Below are positions 18,415 to 28,186 of a DNA stretch of 64,000 nt, piece by piece. Below the pieces are notes generated by a model. That model was not told where the DNA came from and searched no databases. It saw nothing but the letters and a program-made list of their open reading frames with translations. The DNA is from the human T2T-CHM13v2.0 reference genome, Homo sapiens. The stretch lies in assembly GCF_009914755.1 (NCBI RefSeq), contig NC_060931.1, one strand, 5' to 3'. The translations under genes and the position numbers were made by a program. Numbering within the stretch: position 1 is the stretch's first letter; each line of letters begins with the position of its first letter.

Positions 18415-20578
18415 TTAAGATTAATCTGGTAATTTTATTTAATATTTACCATTCAGCAGCAACCAACATGAACATGTGGGCTAACAGAATCTCTTAAAAT
18501 GTTCTGCTATGTAGCTGCTTCAGAAATACACACACATGATAAATTCAAGATAAATTCAACTGCTCACTGCCAAAATTTTTTTTAAAAAATGGCTCCAAGA
18601 GCAAATAACACTGATTTATAATGTGCCCAAGCACTAGTCAACAAATCTATTAAATTACACAGGAAAAGGAAATCAAGGAAGCTTTGTTATCTTATGCATG
18701 TCATCTTATTTAAATGGAAGGTTTTACTTCTTTAAAGCAACAGAAATATGGAGCTTCACATATATATGTATATATATATGAATGTGGTTACAAACACGAA
18801 GTGTTATCAAAAGCAAAAGCTAGTTCAAAAAATTTCTGACTGCAAAACTTGCAAGATACAAAGCTAAAATGCATATGTTCCTTTTCTCAATTATGAACAC
18901 TTTCACTAAACATAAATATTTAACATATATTAATTTTTCCGACATTCAAAATTGTAAAGTCAATATGGCAGAATTGTTAAAAGCACATATGTACAAATAT
19001 TCTTTTTCCATACGTAAAGTATTTGGCATAATTATAACAATCATACTGCATCAACAACTGTTTGCGTTTATTTTTACTTTTTTTTACACATAATGGTATC
19101 TCTTATTAAAATTAACCAGTTATATACAAAAATACTTGAACATTTATTATAGAAAACCTCTATAACCAGCCTCAACAGCATATACCTGCTGAATGGTTTC
19201 ATTAAGAGAATATAAAAAAGTGGTCACTGCCTTCCAGGTAAGCTACCAACAAAACAAACATGGTTAAACTAAAATGAGCTTCCCAACAAAAGAGGGAAAA
19301 TATTTAACAGTATGATTTAAAATACAGTTCATATCTATTGTCAATTGAGTGTTATAAACAGTCAGTAAAAGAAAAAACAAAGATATAAAATACATTACTA
19401 CATACAAGGTGCTTTTTTCACACTTCTACAACTGGCATTAGCATCCCTATCTAGACCTAAGATGCTATGTTGCAATATTCAAGCTAGAGAAGTCTACAGC
19501 AATCCTCCTTCAAGAGAAAGACGACAGGTCAGCTAAGACAAACTCCACTGGTAAAAGTGGAGAGTCGTGAGGAATTTTTTATTTTGTGCAGGACTGAAAG
19601 TTAATGCCCTTGCCTTTTATAAGTCCTTTTGCCATTTAATCGTGCTAATACATTTTCACTAAGTTTTTTTTTTCTTCACTTAAGCTATTAATTTAATACT
19701 GTCTGTATTGATTCCTGAATTCTTGCTAATGGGGCACAGTCATTTGTGCCTCATTAATACTTCAGCATTTGCTCTTGTTCAATGACAAATTTTATATAGG
19801 AAACTATCAAGAAAGGAAGCGCAAAATTCAAGTAAACATTTCTTCTGGAGCCTCTTGCTTAATCTAGCTGACTGGAACTCTGAAGCAAATTGCACCTTGA
19901 AAAGAAATACAGTAGATACCACGGTGTCAGGGTAGTAAGGGATTTAGCTACCAATTCACAAAATAGAATTTTACGAATGTAGACAGCAGTCAAACAGCAA
20001 AAGCAACCTTAAAGAAGTATTTTGTTTCAAGAACAAAACAATTTCCAGTCCCAAGCTTTGCAACCCCTTAAGTATACTGTCTTGCTCGCCTGCTTGAACT
20101 TTAATTCTGATGATCTGCACTGATAAACCTTGCCTTATTTACAGAAGTCTTCTAAAATAAGGACCACTGTGTTAGGATGTGCACTGACTTAATAAGCTTT
20201 CTCCAAGTATCAAGTATTCAGTAAAAACGATACAACATTGTCACACATTGTATCGTTTGACAATATCGTATTGGTTTTAAGATTAAACTATATAAAAAAA
20301 AGTGAACATAAAAAGGTACAAAAGGAGTCTTTATCACTATTTACCACTTCCAAATGAGAAACGTTTTAATGAAATTCAGCCATACTTCATTTAACATCTG
20401 GCGTTTTAGATCAGCAACTTTTAATATTGTGCAACATGATATTTAATAAGCAAGTTTTAATTCCATTCATCGAAGGAGCTGAGTAAGTTATTAAAGTGCC
20501 TACACTAAATGTCTTCTCATCATACTTCTTATTTTGTAAACGGGCAAAGAATGCATCGCAGGTACATAGAAAAGTGAC
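18415..20578 (-). other. DOCK4: DOCK4 3' UTR (~2.2 kb, AU-rich, free of interspersed repeats)
   Basis: Unique AT-rich sequence between the stop codon and AATAAA; the cleavage site is estimated. Confidence 0.8.
18434..18439 (-). terminator. DOCK4: Polyadenylation signal AATAAA (probable main DOCK4 site)
   Basis: tttatt on the + strand, followed on the minus strand by the U/GU-rich downstream element tcttaatatttctgtcttt. Confidence 0.75.
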
Positions 20579-21025
20579 TTATAACTGAGAGACCTTGCGG
20601 GGCAGGGGCCTGGGCCGCGGGCCGGGGTCAGTCCTCCGGGCCCCATTCTCCAGGTGGCTGGATCGCGCTGCCAGAGGCTTGGGGGGCAGCGCGGGCGGCT
20701 CCGACGTGACGGGGATGGAGAGGCTGTGAGGTAGCGGGACGGGGCGCCGCAGAGTCCGCTCGTAGACGCTGTACGGGGGCGGAGTCTTGCTCTCCTTGCG
20801 CACTGGCTCCTCCCCGCCGTAGCTCGGCACGGGCACCGGCACTGGCACCGGCAGGGGGGCCGACTGTTCATTCACCTGATTTTCAAAGCCTGAGGTTTCC
20901 GACGTGCTGCACCGGCTGAGAGAAGAAATCCCACTGCTGTAGCTGCCCGACAAGACAGGGGAGTTGGAGATGAGTCCTGGCGAGTGGTACTCCACTGGAG
21001 AGGGGGTGAAAGACTGCACAGAGCC
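20579..21025 (-). CDS. DOCK4: DOCK4 terminal exon, coding part (447 nt): GSVQSFTPSPVEY...KTPPPYSVY...PPALPPKP...RKVSQL*
   Basis: gagcag| acceptor after a pyrimidine tract; TAA stop at 20579-20581; corresponds to ORF 20579..21133 from residue 37. Confidence 0.97.
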   Translation of the reverse strand, partial: GSVQSFTPSPVEYHSPGLISNSPVLSGSYSSGISSLSRCSTSETSGFENQVNEQSAPLPVPVPVPVPSYGGEEPVRKESKTPPPYSVYERTLRRPVPLPHSLSIPVTSEPPALPPKPLAARSSHLENGARRTDPGPRPRPLPRKVSQL

Positions 21026-21140
21026 CTGCTCCGGGGAGAAGGAAACGAGAGGGAGACACAGCATTGAGTCGTGAACGCAGATGCGCTGAAATGTACGCCC
21101 CGACGCGGAGGCCCCGGCCCCCAGCACCCCCAAAGCCGGC
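20590..21140. promoter_or_regulatory. CpG island over the DOCK4 terminal coding exon
   Basis: Abrupt high-GC, CpG-dense block in an otherwise AT-rich, CpG-depleted window. Confidence 0.85.
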
Positions 21141-21446
21141 TGCAGCAGGAGATGCAGCCTTTAAGGAGGTGATTAAGGTAAAAGGCCATTATGGTGGATC
21201 CTAATCCAAGCTGACTGGTGTCCTTATAAGAGACATTTGGACACACAGGGAGACGTCAGGAATGCGACACACACAGACCTTGCAGGAAGGGCGGTCTGCA
21301 AGCCCAGGAGGGAGGCCTCGGGGAAACCAAGGCTGCCACGCATTGATCCTGGACTTCTACCTGCCAGAATTGAGAAAATACATTCCCAGTGTCTAAGCCA
21401 CCCAGTTTGTGGTATTTTGTGAGGGAAGCCCGAGCAGACGAATACA
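21076..21446 (+). mobile_element. MaLR LTR (MLT1A/B-like)
   Basis: ggtgattaagg...cctaatcca...gactggtgtccttataag...ttgatcctggacttc...gccacccagtttgtggtattttgt...aataca. Confidence 0.85.
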
Positions 21447-21582
21447 CTCACACTCAAATTTGAGTGTTGTCCTTTGTAGCACTGAAAATGCACACCAGAC
21501 GTTTATCTGCGAGGGCCACCAGTCCTCGAGTTCAGTTCACCGCCCAGTTTACTCCTTATCATTTTCAGATAGAGGAGAAAGG

Positions 21583-21866
21583 AGCTGGGCATGGTGGCTC
21601 ACGCCTGTAATCCCAATACTTTAGAAGGCCGATGCAGGGATCACTTGAGGCCAGGAGCTTGAGACCAGCCTGGGCAACATGGCAAAACCCCATTTCTACT
21701 AAAAATCCAAAGGGTTAGCTGGGCGTGGTGGCTCATGCCTGTAATCCCAGTTCCTCTGGGAGGATCACCTGAACCTTGGGAGGTTGAGACTGCAGTGAGC
21801 CGTGGAGCCACCAGTGCACTCCAGCCTGGGCAACACAATGAGACCCTGTCTCAAAAAATAAATAAA
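21583..21866 (+). mobile_element. Alu (AluJ-type)
   Basis: Diverged dimer with A-rich tail. Confidence 0.9.
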
Positions 21867-24531
21867 GGTATCCACCAAGATAATCTGGAGGCACACATTA
21901 GTCCTATAGTTTGGAAGAGAGGGAACTGGCCAAAAACCCCAAAAACCTAAAAACGCCATAAAACCTTTGGGGGCGCTATTCACTTTCCCAGCTCAGCAGG
22001 GCATGCTGCAGGCCAGGAGCCAGGGCCGCTGAGCACACTCAGCTCAGAAGACCCAGAGAGCTCAGGAGGAGGAGCAGAGGCACCCGAGGTTCTGCACCTG
22101 ATTTCTCCAGCCATCACTCCAGACTCCAGACTCCTGAGCTGAACTGGCGAACTGGCAGCCCTCGGGGCTGTAGCCTGTGATGTGAGCTGTTTCCTCAGCA
22201 GTTTTTTAAAAACCTAATTTAGTTAATTTTTAACATTTCAAATTTCACATGAAACTCCAGAATTCTGGCAGTTCATAAAGAACTAGGAGTTCTGGCCACA
22301 ATGGCACACATTCTCTTAATAGAGATAATCTTTAAAAGCTGAGAAGGGCTGTCCCTTTTCACTTTGCCAGTCCCCACTATGCCACGTGGGGACTACACCC
22401 GGCCTCCTTCATTTGTGTCAGCTGTCTGGCCCCATTTGGCATCTGAGTTTGTTACTTTCCCAACTAGTATCCCAAGGAAAACGAGTCCTAAGATAGATGC
22501 TCTGTGAAAAGAGGGTTCCGCTGGGAAATGCTGCACACTGTATACTCCTTGTGTATATTCAAAACATATTCGCATTTTCAAGGCTTAGAATAAAGGAATA
22601 CAAATAATTTTGTTCAGTCCAGTGTTTTCCAAACTTACTTGACTATAGACCTTTTCTCCCCCGCTTATTACATAATGTCCTGGAAAACTAGTGTTCTATG
22701 GTATACACTTTGAGAAATGCTATCTTCTTAAGCTAACTTGACTTTGGTTTCTCTTTGTAAACAAAATAACGCTGGTAGATACACATCCTGTCATTTAGTA
22801 GGAGCCTAACATTAAGGCCAATTAAGAGTTCCCAATTCACTGCTACCTCTGTCAAAAGTTAGACCTGAAATTCAAAATATGGCAGGTCAGCTCAGTCTTC
22901 GCTGTAGGGTTAGACCCACAGTTTGATGGCTGGCTGGGGTAAAAAAAAAACCCAAAACCCCACTAAACTCTTATCAGTTAAGGCAGCACACTGCAAGGCT
23001 AGTAACATGGTAGCAGTGTGCCCCCTAATGTAACCCAGGAGGTATAACACAAATGTTCGATCTATGTTCTCTTCCTTCAAACCCTACATATAAAGACATG
23101 GCTTCGAACTGCATATGGCCAGTAAAAATGTACACAGGTCTGCTGAGAGACAGTATATACCAGCTTGCTAAGACTATTTTATAGCTATTCAAACATTTTT
23201 AGCTCTTGGGTTCTTTTTAATGTTTAAGAATTAATCTCTTAAGACTTATTTTCTTACTACCCAACAAAATTTAAGTTGAAAAATACAGATGATAATTCCA
23301 TAGCAACGTGTGGGAGCTCTGTGTGAGTAAGGGCAAATGTAAAAGTGCGGAAAAGCCATGTTGCTTTCCTTTCTATCACATCGAGGTGACAGGCTATGAC
23401 TTCCAGAGTGAATGCTGTCACAGGTACTTCATAATAACAGCTGCATTACAGAATGAGAACAAAACGAGCAAATCACTTGCACTTACCCGCGAATTTCTAC
23501 GTCAGAAATTCTGGCAATGCAAGGGAATCACACTTCTTTCAATTTTCTCCATTTTGCGGGGGGAGGCGGGTTGTTTTCCCGTTTCTCAATTTCTATCAGC
23601 AACTATCGTTAGCACCACAGATGCACTGGATCGCAACCTGCCCCTATGTGTTTGTAGAGGCTAATTTGTCTTTTGCACATTAGCTAGAACTAGCTCATCA
23701 CACAAAGGACATGGAGCGTGTAAATCCTAAGTCACTCAGGTACAAAATCATTCTTTCGACACACTTCATATTTGCCTCTGGTGCAGCAGTTCTGAACACC
23801 AATCTCTCACGTACTGACAATCCTTGAAGCCGGTCTGATTCAATTTGGATAGAGACTAAATATTATTCTTTATCTTCATGAGGGATTTTTTATGTTTAAA
23901 GATGTTAAATAGCCCATGTCTACAAACCAATTCGAATGTCTGACCTTTACAGCTTTCCAGTTTGTTCCCTAGAAATCTTTTAAATCCATATTACTGCCTT
24001 GTTTTTCATGATCAAGTATGTATTTCTAATGTAAATGAGAAACTTGGTATAAAATATTAACAGAGAATGTTAGGTTTGGCTTTGACAAAATGGGTTTGGC
24101 TGACGATAAAGGCAAAAAGACACAGAATATTTAGTAGATCTTGATACTGATGTTTCTCAATCTAAGTGTGTGTGTGTGTGTTTGATGTACCTTAAACTAA
24201 AAGGCCAGGCTGAAAGTTTCCTAGGAGGTACATTAGGACCACATTCCTTTCCTAATTCAGTATATGCACTGACTTCAGTCTGCAAGTTCTCACTGCTACC
24301 ATTTGGAGAATGAGGCTAATAATCGAAAAACAAATGGCTGCGTTCGTGCAGGAGGCACCCAGAAGGGAAAGTCCAGTGTTGTTTTTCTCAACCAGCTTCC
24401 CCTATCCCTGATTGATAAGTTCTTTGCCTGGTCCCTGCAAATTAAAGCACCTTTTGATATATCTGGGATGAGTCTTAGAGAAAAAGAAAACTGGGCCAGT
24501 CTCTAGCCTCAGTCGAAAGAAGGGCCTTTAC

Positions 24532-24593
24532 CTTCAATGGAGATCGCCCGGCAGGCGAGGGGGATACTGATGTCGTGTGTCTTGCTGGTGAAG
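24532..24593 (-). CDS. DOCK4: DOCK4 penultimate coding exon, 62 nt: (A)SPARHTTSVSPSPAGRSPLK
   Basis: tgacag| acceptor, AAG|GTAAAG donor, phase 1-0. Confidence 0.95.
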
Positions 24594-26261
24594 CTGTCAA
24601 TGGGGAGAGAGATAACATTTCAATTAAGAAAAACCAGACGATTGACTATCTGCACATGCCCTCTGTGTTACAAACCCAAACAGATGATCCAGTGCATAAG
24701 GACCTTCTAAGCAAAGGGGGTGGTGAGGATGGGGGAGAAGCTAAATGATGCCTGTCTAGAATGGGTTCTCACAAAGGGTGGCACTGCCAAGATATGGGAG
24801 CATCAGTGAAAAGTTATCATGGCATATATGATGCTTTGACTATTGACAGGTTCCCAAACTGATCCAATGTCCTTTCCGTTTCCCCAAAGTCCAGGTGCTT
24901 CTGCACTGCTTGATCTGTCTCATAAGGTGCTTTTAGGTGTGAGATGCTAGGGAGCAGTTCTTGGGGAACAGCTGTTGACTTTGGCGTGAGCACCAATGGG
25001 AACACCATGGCCACCCCAGCAGCCTGGAACAGGTCTACGGGAACATATTTAATCAGCTCCCCCCAAACAACCCCAGTACTCCCCAAATAGGTAGAAAACC
25101 CTTGGCCATGGCCATACAACAGGTGCATGGTTTTCCATTTCTTCCCCTAATGCTTGTACTCAGGTCTTCCCATTATCCCCTGGTGGTGGGTCTCTATGGA
25201 TTTCATCATCGTGGCCAAGAAGAGTGAACTGTTTGCTTTTTCTCACTAGATTTTCAAGTCCTACACCTGGAACACAGCATGTGTGATAGCACTGTTCCTG
25301 TGTGCATGCTTGTATAGCAAATCCAGCTCTCTAAAGCATAGCCCTGTATGGTAAAGGCTGGCGTGACACAGTCAACAGGGTGAGAGTCAGCCACATTTCT
25401 CAATTCCACAGAGACGTTTCGGTGAACTCTGGGTATGTCGCTCTGTGATTAGCTGCTACTCTCCCAGCTGTCACAGTGAGGTTTGCAACTCACAACTACT
25501 GAAAGGCTGTAAGAAAGAAAGACAGTTACAGAGCCCCACAACAGTGACCACAGATGATGACATAAGAACAGACCATGAGAGCAATCAGTGCAGAAGGGAT
25601 GGCAGCCCTGCCAGTTAACTTGGGAGGGGTAAGGTCATCTGTGTGCTCTGGGTCCTAAGGGGTCAGTGAGAGTGCTCCATGATCACACTGGTAGTGTGCA
25701 GCCTCTCTCTTGCACTCTTGAATGCTGGGGCATGCTGTCAGCACGTGTCACATTCTAATACCAGCCTTAGTTCTCCTATCCTGTTGATCGTGGGTGCTGA
25801 TTATGGAAGAAAATCACATCTGTATGGAGAAGCTGATCCTGACGGAGAACTATGTTCCTGCCTTAACGGTGGTAGAAAGTTGATTGTTCCCTAGGACCCT
25901 CTTCCTCCTGACTCAGGCAGTTGCTGACACCACCATGGTGGCCCCTGCAACCACAGCATATTTGCATCAATATTATTCCTTAAAAAATGCTTTTCAGGTT
26001 CTCAACTTTAGGGACACAACCAGGTTTAAATTGGAGACTGCCTGAATATATGTACATCGTGAATGAGATACAAATAGTTTGGCCGATAAGTTTTAGGCCT
26101 CTGTACACATACTGATATACTAATGCAGGTGATCAATAAGCTTAAAGTTATTTCTTGTTTTCTTTGAAGACCTCATATGTCTCTCAAAAATTATTGGTGA
26201 CTTGACTTTTGGCTTTGACAAGTATAGAGTAAACTAGGTGGCACATAGTTTATTGTGTTTT

Positions 26262-26792
26262 GTGGCAAGGTCTCACTTTGTTGCCCAGGCTAGAGTGCAG
26301 TGGCTCAATCTTGGCTCACTGCAACCTCTGCTTCCTGGGCTCAAGCAATTCTCCCACCTAAGCCTCCCAAGTAGCTAGGACTAGAGGTGTGTGCCACCAT
26401 GCCTGGCTAATTTTTGCATTTTTTTTTGTAGAGATGGGGTTTTGCCATGTTGTACAGGCTTCTCTCAAAACTCCTGGGCTCAAGTGATCTGCCTGCCTTG
26501 GCCTCCCAAAGTGCTGGGATTACAGGTGTGAACTACCTTATTTGGCCCAGGCTGAAGTGCAGTGGTGCCATCTTGGTTCACTGCAACCTCTGACTTCTGG
26601 GCTCAAGCCATCCTCCCAAGTAGCTGGGACTACAGGTGTGTACCACCACACCTGGCTAATTTTTATATTTTTTGTAGAGACGGGGTTTTGTCATGCTGCC
26701 CAGGCTGGTCCCAAACTTGTGAGTTCAAGTGATCCACTCACCTTGGTCTCCCAAAATGCTGGTATTACAGGCATAAGCCAAAACACCTGGCC
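26262..26792 (-). mobile_element. Two tandem antisense AluJ-type elements
   Basis: Two successive antisense Alu bodies, junction at ~26545. Confidence 0.9.
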
Positions 26793-27359
26793 AAGATTTT
26801 GCTGCTTAAACGACCACCTGAGGGGATGCGGTACCCTGAATCAACCCTTTGCGAAATATAGTCCTTGCATAAAGACCTCTCAAAGCAACAGATAACTATG
26901 GATACAAAGTTAATGACTCTGATAAGCTTATGGAGCGTAACTGTTAGTCAATGGCTATTTAGAGGCAACTGGAAACTTTGGCATCAGTCCTGAATAAGAC
27001 TGAAGAAAGTAGCTGAGTTAGCGGAGGTTGATAAGAATGAAGTGGTTCAAAGTGAAGGTTAGAGAAGATGCTAGTGGCCTACCAAGGTTAGGGTGCCTCC
27101 CCGAATTTGAGAATGGTGGCTTGGTAAAGAGCACTCTATAAAATCTGTCCGAGAGGCTTACTTGGAACAGACCACTGTTTGACCCCGTGTAATAGAAGTT
27201 CAGGAAAGAGGGAGACAATTGTCAAGGAATTATGCAGCTACTAAGGTTTTTATCCCAGAAATCAAACGCCTACCTTTCTCTCAGGAATTCAGGACAAACT
27301 GGAGTAGTCAATAAAAGTTATTTTATAAAAGTGATCATTCAAATTCTTCAAATACCCAC

Positions 27360-27473
27360 CAGTCTGTGTGGGTCTTGGAGGGACAGGGGGAGAGATAAGT
27401 TTCCCACTATCCGACATGTTCTTGGCTTCCTTCCCACTGTCCAGGCTCCAGCTGCTAGGGGTGGGGTTCACAG
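27360..27473 (-). CDS. DOCK4: DOCK4 coding exon, 114 nt, symmetric (phase 1-1): (A)VNPTPSSWSLDSGKEAKNMSDSGKLISPPVPPRPTQT
   Basis: ttccag| acceptor, CTG|GTGGGT donor; overlaps ORF 27289..27471. Confidence 0.93.
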
Positions 27474-28167
27474 CTGGAAGGGAATAACACAGCTAAAAAC
27501 ACACGGTCCAGCTTTGCCCTTCCAATGCTTGAGATCTTAGAAGAAAGTCAGAATTATCCAGAATGAAAAACTTAACTGGATGAAAAACAAAACAGGAAAC
27601 TTCTTGAATACTAAACCTTTATTTAATTGGCTGCCTAACAGTTATAGTTACCATTTAACTGGGCGCTAACAAGTCTCTTTATTTCCCTTAATGCTGTCAA
27701 AGGGAACTACAAATCTTTACACTGGGGTGTAAAACTTGCTGAGAATTACAAATGTGTTTAGATGCTGGATAACAGATGGAAGATGTAGTCACTGGGCTAT
27801 TTTAAAACTTGGCTTTTAGTAGACATTTCTGGACAAGTGACACCTAAAAATGGAGAAGGCAATGACATACTAATATTTTAACTATTTGGCAGAATTCTTG
27901 GGAAAGAACAGCCATGCAATATTATCTCATTGATAACTCTTTCTGAAATCAATGAATTACACTGAAATATGTCCTTAAAAAATGATTTGGAATATGGACA
28001 GTGTCATTCTTATTTTGTAATTTGTCTGCTCTGTGCTTCGATAAGATGCAGGAATATGGGGCAATCCTGGCAGGAATAAGGGCAGGACACGCTGGTTGTA
28101 AATAGCCACTATGCAATGAGGTTTACAACAGCAAATCTGGGTTCCAGTGACTCACTCCCTGTACAGA

Positions 28168-28186
28168 CACTGCCATCTGGTGGGCA
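28168..28186 (-). promoter_or_regulatory. CTCF-like motif TGCCCACCAGATGGCAGTG
   Basis: Close match to the core consensus CCASYAGRKGGCRS. Confidence 0.6.

Noticed and set aside
21026-21133. N-terminal 36 aa of ORF 20579..21133
   Set aside because: Intronic read-through upstream of the gagcag acceptor, partly within an LTR, and starting at a non-ATG codon
20500-21246. Overlapping ORFs 20500..20871 and 20872..21246
   Set aside because: Shifted frames over a GC-rich, stop-poor exon and an LTR; no independent support
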